From an uncultured Chloroflexia bacterium (GTDB lineage Bacteria > Chloroflexota > Limnocylindria > Limnocylindrales > CSP1-4): a stretch of DNA of 64,000 bases. A program made the translations under genes and the position numbers. This document shows positions 9,691 to 18,534 of this stretch, piece by piece (position 1 is the stretch's first letter; every line of letters begins with the position of its first letter). Where the stretch lies: the NCBI GenBank assembly GCA_963720755.1, contig CAVRGP010000006.1, forward strand, positions 160,001-224,000, in the 5' to 3' direction. The notes under the pieces were generated by a model. That model made no database searches and was not told the DNA's origin. It worked only from the letters and a program-made list of their open reading frames with translations.

Positions 9691-10667
9691 TGGCGACCCT
9701 CCGTCTCGGACTCGTCGGCGGTGGCTGGATCAGCCGCTTGCACCTCGATGCGCTGGAGCGGCTCGGGCGGTCCGAGCTCGTCGGCGTCGTTTCCGGGACC
9801 AGGGAGACCGCCGAAGTGGTCACCGCCCGCTGGGGTGGGTCGAGCTACGACGATGTCGAGTCGATGCTCGATCAGGGTCGGCCCGATGTCGTCTACGTGG
9901 CGGTCCCACCCCATCGTTCCGTGGCGATCGGCGAACGGCTCGTCGCCCGCGGCGTCCCGTTCCTGATCGAGAAGCCCCTCGCTGCCGAAGATCCTGACGG
10001 TCCGGCCCGGCTGGCGACCGCGATCGAACGGGCGGGGCTGGTCGTGGCGGTGGGGTACCACCTTCGAGCGCTCGACATCGTCCCGAAGATCCGTGAGCGA
10101 CTGGCCACGGCCCCGCCCCAGCTGGTCATCGCCCGCTGGCTCGACGAGACCCCGGGGCCGGCGTGGTGGGGTCGCGTCAACGAGGGCGGTGGCCAGGTCA
10201 TCGAGCAGGCGACCCACCTGTACGATCTCGCACGCCACCTGCTGGGTGAGGCAGACGTCATCGGGGCGGTGTCCACCCATGACCCATCGCTCTCTCCGGA
10301 CGGGGTGGATGTGGCGGACAGCAGCGCTGCGCTCCTACGCTTCGACACCGGCGCGATCGGCGCGTTCGCGAATAGCCGGCGGCTCGCCTCGGCCAGCATC
10401 GAGATGTCATTCGTCTCCGATGGATTGCTGACGACAGTGGCCAAGCGTTCGGAGCGGGGCCAGGGCGACTGGCATGTCAGCTTCGACGACGGGACTGCGA
10501 TCCGGATGATCGAGGCCGATGGCGATCCATACGAGGCCCAGGCCGCGGTCTTTTTCGATGCGGTCGAGGCGGGCGATCCGGCCCGCGTCCTGTCGTCCTA
10601 CGGCGACGCGCTCCTGACGGACCGTCTGACCCGGGCCGTGGTGGCGGCCACCGGCTCACCCGGCTGA
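9690..10667 (+). CDS. Gfo/Idh/MocA-family oxidoreductase
   Basis: LGLVGGGWI, LIEKPLA, EQATHLYD; ATG overlaps ligC stop (TGATG). Confidence 0.9.
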   Translation: MATLRLGLVGGGWISRLHLDALERLGRSELVGVVSGTRETAEVVTARWGGSSYDDVESMLDQGRPDVVYVAVPPHRSVAIGERLVARGVPFLIEKPLAAEDPDGPARLATAIERAGLVVAVGYHLRALDIVPKIRERLATAPPQLVIARWLDETPGPAWWGRVNEGGGQVIEQATHLYDLARHLLGEADVIGAVSTHDPSLSPDGVDVADSSAALLRFDTGAIGAFANSRRLASASIEMSFVSDGLLTTVAKRSERGQGDWHVSFDDGTAIRMIEADGDPYEAQAAVFFDAVEAGDPARVLSSYGDALLTDRLTRAVVAATGSPG

Positions 10668-10862
10668 TGCGCGGCCGGCTCGAAGCGCCGGACGAACATA
10701 GCAGCGGCGGGCGGGCAGTCCGCTGTCGTCCTCGACGATGGCGATCCCGGCCGCGGTCAGGCGATCCCGAGTCTCGGTGAGGTCGCCCACCACGAACGCG
10801 AGCGCCGTAGCCTCACCCCCGGTCGGTATGCCGAGCTGAACGTGATCGATCGAGATGAGCAT
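10656..10862 (-). pseudogene. Internally deleted VOC/glyoxalase-family remnant
   Basis: IDHVQLGIPTGGEATALAF joins directly to VVGDL..RRCYVR; central half and DPxGNRIE end are absent. Confidence 0.6.
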
Positions 10863-11192
10863 CGCGTCGAGGGCACTCGACGCCGTCCCGGGCGGCATCG
10901 GTTCTCGCTCGCCGGTCACGGTTCCGGTTCCAGGTCGGAGTCGCGTGGCCACGTGCTCGACCACGCAGTCGGCAGATCTTGCATCCCCAGAACCTTATGG
11001 CAACTCGGGGCTTCGAACCGGCCCGGATCGACCGTCACCCAGGGCCACATGACGATGTTCTGAGCGTGGACCGCGAGGCGTCAACCGCCCAAGACCGACT
11101 ACGGCCACGCACCATCCGCCATTGCGGTCTCCCGACGAAGATCTTGCCGAGTCGTGTCGCGTCGCGACGCCGGCCGAGGTCCGGCGGGGCCG

Positions 11193-11468
11193 CTACGAGG
11201 AGCGGTTCGTTCCGGGGCCTTCGAAGTCCCGGTTCAGAAGGTCGCCCAGCCCGGTTCGGTCGCGCCAGGTCCGTCGGCCCAGCCACAGGAACAGGCCGGC
11301 AAGGGCCAGGAGGATGATCCCGGGGAAGACGTGACCGTCGACGAGGACGATCAGGCCGAAGAGTGTGCTCCCCACGGCTCCAAGGAACGCGACGACGGCC
11401 ACGGTCCTCAGGACGAGTCGCCCGAGGATCCGGTCGGCGCGGTCCGTCGGCGTTTCGGTGGTCTTCAT
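11193..11468 (-). CDS. Small two-TM membrane protein
   Basis: MKTTE start, 91 aa, two hydrophobic helices; follows the Prim-Pol gene in the same orientation. Confidence 0.65.
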   Translation of the reverse strand: MKTTETPTDRADRILGRLVLRTVAVVAFLGAVGSTLFGLIVLVDGHVFPGIILLALAGLFLWLGRRTWRDRTGLGDLLNRDFEGPGTNRSS

Positions 11469-11493
11469 GCTGCCTGACGGACAGGATACCGGC

Positions 11494-13032
11494 TCATGCG
11501 GGCTGCGGGTCCGTGTCGGGCGGCAGGTCCGGTTCGGGCGGCGGGTCACCGCTCCCCTTCGACTTCGGCTTCGGTCCAGCCCGTCGTGCCCGCGCTCCCG
11601 CCGTCGCGGCCTTCCATGCCTCGATGTCCTGGCCTGCCCACGGGTCGAAGTCGGATTCGAGCGGCTCCTGGGCGGGTCGGTCGGCCTCGGGGACGTGGAT
11701 GAGGTTGACCCGGATGCGCGTCCAGGTCGTCGACCGGCCGCGCATCGAATCGACCAGGATGTCCGCCGGTTCCAGGTGCTCGACGACGTCAGGGTGGCGG
11801 GTCTTCCAGCGTTCCAGCCCGGCCATCGCCTCGTCCTTGTGCTCCGCCCGGGCGATCTCCACGACCGGGATCCGGGACGTGCGCCGGCCGGTCGGCGTCG
11901 GCCGGGAACCGGACCACTCGGTCGGCAGCCCGGCATCCGGGTCACCGGCCGCGACGGCCGCGGCCCGCCGGGCGGCAACATCGGGCGGTGGTCCGCCGGC
12001 CTCACCGCGGCCGGGATCGTAGTCGGCCGGCTTGCGGCGCGCTTTCGAGGGCTGGACCCGAGGCGGTTCTCCTGCCTGCTTTGCGTAGTTGGGCGGCCAC
12101 GGCGCATCGCCGAAACCCTCCGCCTCGTGTCGTCCGCTCAGCTCGAGGAGCGCCTCCAGCGAACCGACCGCAGCATCGATCCCCGCACCTGGGTCGCCGA
12201 TCGCCGCATACCGTGCCGGGACCGTATCGATCGTGAAGGCTTCGGCCTCGACGGTCGCCACCTCATCCCAGGTCAGCGGCGTGGACACCCGGGCATCCGG
12301 CAGGGGCCGGACGGAGTAGGCCGATGCCACCGTCCGGTCCTTGGCGTTCTGGTTGTAGTCGAGGAAGACGCCGTGGCGCTCCTCCTTCCACCACTTGGAC
12401 GTGGCCAGGTCCGGGACCCGGTGCTCGACGTCCCTGGCCAGCGCCAACGCGGCGCGACGGACTTCCGGATAGGTCCAATGGCGCTCGATCCGAACGTTGA
12501 TGTGGATCCCTCGCGATCCCGACGTCTTCGGCCAGCCCACCAGCCCGACCGCGTCGAGTGCCTCGCGGACCGTCATCGCGACATCGCGGATCTGCGCCCA
12601 CGGGACGCCCGGGACCGGGTCGAGGTCGACCCGCAACTCGTCGGGATGGTCGAGGTCGTCCGCCCGGACCGGATGAGGGTTGAGGTCGATGCAGCCGAGA
12701 TTGGCGACCCAGGCGAGCCCGGCCGCATCGTCGATGACGACCTCGTCGGCCGTGCGACCGCTCGGAAAGGTGAGCGTCGCGGTCCGGATGAACGCGGGCA
12801 CGTTCTCGGGCGCTCGCTTCTGGAAGAACGGCTGTCCGGCAGCGCCGTCGACGAACCGCTTGAGGGCCATCGGCCGCCCACCGGCGCCGCGCAACGCTCC
12901 GTCGGCCACGGCGAGGTAGTAGCGGACGAGATCCAACTTGGTGTGGCCGGTCTCCGGGAAGTAGACCTTGCCCGGGTTCGAGACCGTGACCGCATGTTCA
13001 CCGACCTGGAGGACGGTCGTTTCCTTCGGCAT
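11494..13032 (-). CDS. Stand-alone LigD-type primase-polymerase (Prim-Pol) with C-terminal extension
   Basis: VSNPGKVYFP, FFQKR, ELRVDLDP, KTSGSRGIH, FLDYNQN, SAYSVR, VSTPL. Confidence 0.92.
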   Translation of the reverse strand: MPKETTVLQVGEHAVTVSNPGKVYFPETGHTKLDLVRYYLAVADGALRGAGGRPMALKRFVDGAAGQPFFQKRAPENVPAFIRTATLTFPSGRTADEVVIDDAAGLAWVANLGCIDLNPHPVRADDLDHPDELRVDLDPVPGVPWAQIRDVAMTVREALDAVGLVGWPKTSGSRGIHINVRIERHWTYPEVRRAALALARDVEHRVPDLATSKWWKEERHGVFLDYNQNAKDRTVASAYSVRPLPDARVSTPLTWDEVATVEAEAFTIDTVPARYAAIGDPGAGIDAAVGSLEALLELSGRHEAEGFGDAPWPPNYAKQAGEPPRVQPSKARRKPADYDPGRGEAGGPPPDVAARRAAAVAAGDPDAGLPTEWSGSRPTPTGRRTSRIPVVEIARAEHKDEAMAGLERWKTRHPDVVEHLEPADILVDSMRGRSTTWTRIRVNLIHVPEADRPAQEPLESDFDPWAGQDIEAWKAATAGARARRAGPKPKSKGSGDPPPEPDLPPDTDPQPA

Positions 13033-13089
13033 GGCGGAACGATACCCCCTCGACAGTGGGGCTCGGCCCGTCGATGATGTCGCGACCGT

Positions 13090-13116
13090 TGTCGATTCGG
13101 CCGGTTCCCGTTCGTC
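13090..13116 (+). promoter_or_regulatory. ECF42-type promoter
   Basis: TGTCGA-N17-CGTC upstream of the DGPF/ECF operon, matching the motif reported for Streptomyces ECF42. Confidence 0.7.
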
Positions 13117-13166
13117 GTCATCGCGAGGGCCGATGACCGTCGGTCGCCGAGGCAGGAGGAACGGAC

Positions 13167-13556
13167 ATGCAGTACGCACTCTTGATCTACACCCCCGAGT
13201 CGACCGAGGAAGCCTCGGCGGACGCGATGGCAGAGGAGATGGCCGCCTACGACGCGTTCGGCCAGCACGTGAGCGCCCGCGGCGCGATGCGCGGCGGCGA
13301 GGCGCTCGAGCCGACGTCGACCGCGACGACCGTTCGGGTCATCGACGGCAAGACGGTCACGACCGACGGCCCGTTCGCCGAGACGAAGGAGACGTTGGGT
13401 GGTTTCTACCTGGTCGAAGCAGCCGACCTCGACGAGGCGATCGGGTACGCCGCGATGATCCCCGGCGCGAAGAATGGCTGCATCGAGATCCGCCCGGTCT
13501 GGGACTTCGCCGCGGCCCTGGCCGCGCAAGGCGTGACTGCAGGCTCGGTGAACTGA
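13167..13556 (+). CDS. YciI/DGPF-family protein
   Basis: TTDGPFAETKE, GGFYLVEA, IEIRPV; AGGAGG RBS. Confidence 0.92.
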   Translation: MQYALLIYTPESTEEASADAMAEEMAAYDAFGQHVSARGAMRGGEALEPTSTATTVRVIDGKTVTTDGPFAETKETLGGFYLVEAADLDEAIGYAAMIPGAKNGCIEIRPVWDFAAALAAQGVTAGSVN

Positions 13557-14857
13557 CGACGAACGACGCGGCACACGAGGTCGTCGATCGCGTCTTTCGC
13601 GAGGAGCAGGGCCGTGCGGTCGCCACCCTGATCCGGGCGACCGGCGACTTCGACCTGGCCGAAGAGGCGGTCCAGGATGCGTTCATCCGGGCGCTCGAGA
13701 CGTGGCCCGAACGGGGCGTGCCCGCGAACCCCGGGGCGTGGATCACCACGACCGCGCGCAATGGGGCGATCGACCGACTGCGCCGGCGCAAGCGCCTGAT
13801 CGAGAAGACCGAGTCGCTTGCCCGCGAGACCTCGATCGAGGCGGACTTGCAGGCGATCGAGCCGGAACCGTCGGAGGACGCCATGCCGATCCCGGATGAC
13901 CGGCTGCGCCTGATCTTCACCTGTTGCCACCCAGCGCTGGCGCTCGAGGCCAGCGTGGCCCTGACCCTGCGGACGTTGGGTGGGCTGACGACGCCGGAGA
14001 TCGCCCGCGCGTTCCTGGTCCCGGAACCGACCCTGGCCCAGCGGCTCGTCCGTGCCAAGCGCAAGATCCGCGATGCCGGGATCCCCTATCGGGTCCCACC
14101 GCCGGACGTGCTGCCCGAGCGGCTCGATGGCGTGCTGCGGGTCCTGTACCTCATCTTCAATGAGGGGTACGCGGCGTCATCGGGGGACGCGTTGATCCGC
14201 CGCGAGCTGTGTGCGGAGGCCATCCGGCTGACCCGCGTGGTCGTCTCCCTTCTGCCGGATGAACCGGAGGCACGCGGACTGCTGGCGCTGATGTTGCTGC
14301 ATGACGCCCGCCGCGATGCCCGAGTGGACGACGCGGGGCGGTTGATCCTGCTCGACGACCAGGATCGATCGAGATGGGATACCGAGCGGATCGCCGAAGG
14401 ACGCTCGGTCGCGCAGCGGGCGCTCGATGGAGGGCGACCGGGGCCGTATCAGGTCCAGGCGGCGATCGCCGCGATCCACGACGAGGCTGCCACCCCGGCG
14501 GACACGGACTGGGACCGGATCGTCGCGCTCTACCGCACCCTCCACCGGATGACGCCATCGCCGATCGTGGAACTCAACCTCGCCGCAGCGGTGGCGATGG
14601 CGGACGGTCCGGCCGTCGGGCTGGCGATGATGGACGGCCTCGTCGCCTCTGGTGAGCTCAGCACCTACCCGTACCTCCAGGCCGCGAGGGCAGATCTCCT
14701 CCGCCGCCTGGAGCGCTGGTCGGAGGCCGATGTCGCCTACGGGCAGGCCATCGAACTGACGACGAACGGTCCGGAGCGGACGTTCCTGAGCGGTCGACGC
14801 GCCGAGGTCCAGGCCCGGATCGGCGAAGACCGGACCGGACGACCCGGATCGGTCTAG
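13553..14857 (+). CDS. ECF42-type RNA polymerase sigma factor with TPR-like C-terminal extension
   Basis: DLAEEAVQDAF, WPERGVP.NPGAW, RLIFTCCHPAL, QRLVRAKRKI, GPYQVQAAIAA. Start probably CTG in a CTGA overlap. Confidence 0.9.
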   Translation: MTTNDAAHEVVDRVFREEQGRAVATLIRATGDFDLAEEAVQDAFIRALETWPERGVPANPGAWITTTARNGAIDRLRRRKRLIEKTESLARETSIEADLQAIEPEPSEDAMPIPDDRLRLIFTCCHPALALEASVALTLRTLGGLTTPEIARAFLVPEPTLAQRLVRAKRKIRDAGIPYRVPPPDVLPERLDGVLRVLYLIFNEGYAASSGDALIRRELCAEAIRLTRVVVSLLPDEPEARGLLALMLLHDARRDARVDDAGRLILLDDQDRSRWDTERIAEGRSVAQRALDGGRPGPYQVQAAIAAIHDEAATPADTDWDRIVALYRTLHRMTPSPIVELNLAAAVAMADGPAVGLAMMDGLVASGELSTYPYLQAARADLLRRLERWSEADVAYGQAIELTTNGPERTFLSGRRAEVQARIGEDRTGRPGSV

Positions 14858-16215
14858 GCCAGGACCGCGTTGACGATCGTGTCGACGTCCGCCGCGGTCG
14901 GGACCACGATCAAGGTGTTGACCATCCCGAACATGCCGTTCGGTCCTTCCGCGTGCGGCAGGATGTGGCAGTGGAACGCCCAGACGCCGGCCGTCTTGGC
15001 CTCGATCAGGACGTCGTAGCGCTCGCCGGGATTGACCCCGAGGGTGTCGCAATAGAACGACGCACCGCCAAGCGGCCAGCCGTCGCGCTCGATGACGTGC
15101 ATCCGCAGCCCGTGGAGGTGCCACGGGTGCATCATGATCCCCTCGTTCATGAACCGGACTCGGACCGTCTCGCCAAGGGCCGCGATGACCGGGACGACGG
15201 CCGGGAAGCCGTGTCCGTTGATCGTGAACCCGCCCAAGGCGTCATTCGAGATCCACACGTACTCCCGATCGTATTTGACCGGATCGGGCTTCGGATCGAC
15301 GACGAACGCGCCGAGCAAGCCGCGGCCGACCTGGTCGGTGGCGTTGTGGTGGGAGTGATACATCAGCGATCCCGAGTTGACCGCCGTGAAGTCGTAGGCG
15401 TAGGTCTCCCCAGGGATGATCGGCTTCTGGTTGACGAACGCCACGCCGTCCTGGAAGAAGTCGGTCATCTCGACGCCGTGGAAGTGGACGCTGGTGGTCT
15501 CCTGCAGGTTGTTGGTGAACAACGCGCGGACCTTGTCGCCCTGGTTCACCCGGATGGTCGGACCGGGCCACTGGCCGTTGTACCCAAGGCCGGCGAGCGG
15601 CGGGTTCAACTCGTCGATGTTCTGTTCGATCTCGTCGATCGTCAGCTTGAACACCTTGACGTCGCCGTCGAGTTCCGGGGTGAGCGGCTTGGTCGCGTCG
15701 TTCAGGACGAGCTGCGGGACCTGGGCGAACGCCGGCTTCTGGTGGAGCTCCGGGTAGTCGTCCTCGACGCCCAAGATCGCGCCGAATTTCGCGTAGACGG
15801 CTTCCGGATAGATGCCGTTGAGCGCGGGCACGAGGTCGCCGAGGTAGCGCCGGATGACGTTCCGAGCCTGGATGTCGTGATCGGTCCAGCCGACCGGCAT
15901 CGGACCGGTCGGGGGCGCGGAGGCCGCTGGCGTGGGACTCGCCGCCATGTCGTGGCTCGCGGACGGGGTCGGCGCCGCACTTGGGGCGAGGCTTGCCGCA
16001 GCACTCGCGGCAGCACTCGGGACGGCACCGCCCGGGGCGAGCGTCGGACCCAGGTTCCAGCCACCCCCGGTCGCGGCGGGAGCGCAGGCGGCCAGGCCGG
16101 CGACGGCGGCGATGCCCCCACCGGTCAGGGCCGCGGCCCGGAGGAACCCGCGCCGCGAGAGGGCCGTGTCGGTCGGTTCGGTGGGTGGCAGGTCAACCTG
16201 CGTCGGCGTATCCAT
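14854..16215 (-). CDS. Tat-exported two-domain multicopper oxidase (small-laccase-like lipoprotein)
   Basis: SRRGFL Tat motif and LAAC lipobox; HFHG, YHSH, HPWHLHG, HCHILPH..GM. Confidence 0.85.
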   Translation of the reverse strand: MDTPTQVDLPPTEPTDTALSRRGFLRAAALTGGGIAAVAGLAACAPAATGGGWNLGPTLAPGGAVPSAAASAAASLAPSAAPTPSASHDMAASPTPAASAPPTGPMPVGWTDHDIQARNVIRRYLGDLVPALNGIYPEAVYAKFGAILGVEDDYPELHQKPAFAQVPQLVLNDATKPLTPELDGDVKVFKLTIDEIEQNIDELNPPLAGLGYNGQWPGPTIRVNQGDKVRALFTNNLQETTSVHFHGVEMTDFFQDGVAFVNQKPIIPGETYAYDFTAVNSGSLMYHSHHNATDQVGRGLLGAFVVDPKPDPVKYDREYVWISNDALGGFTINGHGFPAVVPVIAALGETVRVRFMNEGIMMHPWHLHGLRMHVIERDGWPLGGASFYCDTLGVNPGERYDVLIEAKTAGVWAFHCHILPHAEGPNGMFGMVNTLIVVPTAADVDTIVNAVLA

Positions 16216-16251
16216 GCGCCCGATGGTGAAGGCCGGGCCAGCTACACCGGA

Positions 16252-16290
16252 TGTGACGTCCGGCCCATTTCGCGGGGGCCGAACGGCGTC
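16252..16290 (-). promoter_or_regulatory. Tandem DosR/DevR-like boxes upstream of the multicopper oxidase
   Basis: Two GGGNCN4GNCVC-like 16-mers 23 bp apart, the proximal one 23 nt from CACCAT -10. Confidence 0.55.
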
Positions 16291-16324
16291 CGAAACGAGC
16301 GACGGGTCCGTCGGCGCCGCGGGG

Positions 16325-17956
16325 TCAGTCCCCCTGGGCGATCATCGACAGGATGACGTCGACGTCGCCAGTTCCCATCACGCCCTGGTATCTCGCCCGG
16401 ACGATCCCGTTCCCATCGACGACGAAGATCCACGGCATCGACACCGGCGACCATGGCGCCTGGCCGATCCCCCACGCGGCCGCGATGTCGGTCAAGGTCG
16501 GCGCTTCGATGCTTCCCTCCAGGACGGCCGTGTCGGCGACCACCGCATAGCGGAACGGCTCGAGGTGGATGAACGCCACGTCCTGCCATCGGTCGAGCAG
16601 GTAGCGGGCCATGACGATCGCCCGTCCGCAGGCCTGGGTCGTCTGGAAGCGAGCCGAATCGATGACCAGGACGAACGGCTGGTGGGCGGCGAGGGCATCG
16701 GCGGTCGATCGCCTCGACAGGCGGAGATCCGGGGCGGGGTCCGTCGTGACCGCCCTGGCGACGCCGCCGACATCGTCGAGCGTGGGCGTTCGTGCGGATG
16801 GCGCAGGATCGCCGAGCCTCGCGGTCGCGCCGGGATCGCGGGCAACCAGGGCTGCCGAGCCGACCGCGCTCCCGCCTCCGCGCGGAAGCGAGACGTCGAT
16901 GTGCCAGTCGCCGGGCGTGGGGATGTTCACGGTCGCGACATACGACACCGAGTCGACGCCGGGTGGCCGGACCGGGATGGCGTTCACGGGTCCGCCCGCG
17001 GGTTGGCCGTCCGGCGAGACGAGCTGCACGTCGGGCCGCACCGTCGGGTCGTCCACGGCGACACCGTCGATCGACATGGCCAGGATCAGCGGCGTCCGCC
17101 CGCCCGCCCAGACGGACGACGAGGTCACCTCGACATCGAGCCGGGTCGTCGGCCCGGCCGTCGCGGGATCCACCGAAGTTCCGGTCGTCGCCGGTTCGAT
17201 CGGCGTCGGGGCCGCGGCCCGCTCGGGGGTCGCGACGACCGACCGGAGCACCGCCGCCATCGCGTCGGACGAGGTCCCGAACGGGAAATGCGCCCGAAGC
17301 ATCCCGCCGGCATCGACCAGGTAGACATCGGCGGTGTGCGACATCGAATAGGCGCCTGGGATGTCGGTCTCGACCCGGGCATAGCGAACGTCCCAGGCGT
17401 CTGCGGTCGCCCGGATCGTGGCACTGGCGCCGGTCACGGCGGTGAAGCCCGCCGGTAGGAACCGGACGTACTCCTTCAGCCAGGTCGTCGTATCGCGCTC
17501 AGGGTCGACGCTGACGAAGACCGCCCGCACTGCAGCGCCCACGTCCTCCATCACCAGGCCGACCGTGCCGACCGTTGCCGGGCAGACGTCGGGACAGTGG
17601 GTATACCCGAAGAAGACGAGGGTCGGATGACCCTGGAGCGACCCGAGCGAGAACGGCTGCGCGTCCGGATCCGTCAGCTCGATCGGCGGAGCGGCTCGCG
17701 GCGTCGGATACAGGAACGAGGCGAGATCGGTCGCCGAGGCTGGGGACGAACCGGTCTGCGACCCGGCCGGCGCGATCACCGCGGGCGCGGCGCCGTCCGC
17801 CCGTCCGGGCTGGCCGGGCAGCATCGCCCCGGCCAGCGCGCTCGCGATGACGAGAACGCCGAGGACTGCCGACATGATCACGACGAGCCAGAAGCCGCCG
17901 TCGAGGATCCGCGTGGCGTCAGTCGGGCGTTGCGAGGCCGCCGGCCGCTGTGCCAC
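16325..17956 (-). CDS. SCO1/SenC copper chaperone fused to Ig-like and thioredoxin-like domains
   Basis: TM anchor, FFGYTHCPDVCP, SVDPERD, HTADVYL; C-terminal PFVLVI..ACG..MPWIFVVDGNG. Confidence 0.82.
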   Translation of the reverse strand: MAQRPAASQRPTDATRILDGGFWLVVIMSAVLGVLVIASALAGAMLPGQPGRADGAAPAVIAPAGSQTGSSPASATDLASFLYPTPRAAPPIELTDPDAQPFSLGSLQGHPTLVFFGYTHCPDVCPATVGTVGLVMEDVGAAVRAVFVSVDPERDTTTWLKEYVRFLPAGFTAVTGASATIRATADAWDVRYARVETDIPGAYSMSHTADVYLVDAGGMLRAHFPFGTSSDAMAAVLRSVVATPERAAAPTPIEPATTGTSVDPATAGPTTRLDVEVTSSSVWAGGRTPLILAMSIDGVAVDDPTVRPDVQLVSPDGQPAGGPVNAIPVRPPGVDSVSYVATVNIPTPGDWHIDVSLPRGGGSAVGSAALVARDPGATARLGDPAPSARTPTLDDVGGVARAVTTDPAPDLRLSRRSTADALAAHQPFVLVIDSARFQTTQACGRAIVMARYLLDRWQDVAFIHLEPFRYAVVADTAVLEGSIEAPTLTDIAAAWGIGQAPWSPVSMPWIFVVDGNGIVRARYQGVMGTGDVDVILSMIAQGD

Positions 17957-17957
17957 G

Positions 17958-18419
17958 TCAGGCCTGCCGGATCTCCGCGGTGACGACGACCGTGCCACCG
18001 TGCTCGAACACGAGGTCGAGCTCGATCGTCTGGCCCACGGTGAGCTCGCCGGCAAGGTCGGTCAGCATGAGATGGAAGCTGCCGGGCTTGAACTCGACCG
18101 ATCCTCCGGCGGGGATCTCCACCCTGGCCACCGGGTGCATCCCGGTCATCCCCGCGTCATCGGTCGATGTCTCGTGGACCTCGACGACCGCTGCGGCCGG
18201 GCTCGACGCGGACAGCAGGGCGTCCGCGGTCGGCGACGAGTTGGTGATCGTGAAGTAGGCGGCACTCTGGCCGTCGGCGCCGGCGGCCCGCGCCCAGGCG
18301 CTGGCGACCGATGGCGCGGCGACCGGCGAGCCGCCGCTCGAGCCGCATCCGGCGAGGACCGATGCGATCGCGACGAGGATGACCGCCAGGGCAACCGGCC
18401 CGATGGCGCGACGATGCAA
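17958..18419 (-). CDS. Copper chaperone PCu(A)C lipoprotein
   Basis: LAGC lipobox, AWARA, SAAYF, EVHET..M..M, PGSFHLML; TTG start after GAAGGGG. Confidence 0.9.
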   Translation of the reverse strand: MHRRAIGPVALAVILVAIASVLAGCGSSGGSPVAAPSVASAWARAAGADGQSAAYFTITNSSPTADALLSASSPAAAVVEVHETSTDDAGMTGMHPVARVEIPAGGSVEFKPGSFHLMLTDLAGELTVGQTIELDLVFEHGGTVVVTAEIRQA

Positions 18420-18481
18420 GGATGACCCCTTCCGCAGGTTCAATTCGACTCGACCGTAGCCGGGTCGGGCTGGGCTGCGAC

Positions 18482-18520
18482 AGGTCCGATCGGCCCTTGC
18501 CGACCGGGCCGACCGGCCGC
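18482..18520 (-). promoter_or_regulatory. Tandem DosR/DevR-like boxes upstream of PCuAC-SCO
   Basis: AGGGCCGATCGGACCT 23 nt from TACGGT -10, with a second box 23 bp upstream. Confidence 0.6.
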
Positions 18521-18534
18521 CTGGCGGGCCACCG

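Noticed and set aside
10884-11192. About 300-bp non-coding gap with a weak inverted repeat (tcggca(a)gatct) as possible MITE or sRNA
   Set aside because: Repeat is short and imperfect; no target duplication, terminator or recognisable RNA motif.
14854-16215. Copper nitrite reductase NirK
   Set aside because: Domain 1 lacks the type-1 Cys (YHSH, not YHC); the HCH pattern in domain 2 fits a two-domain oxidase.
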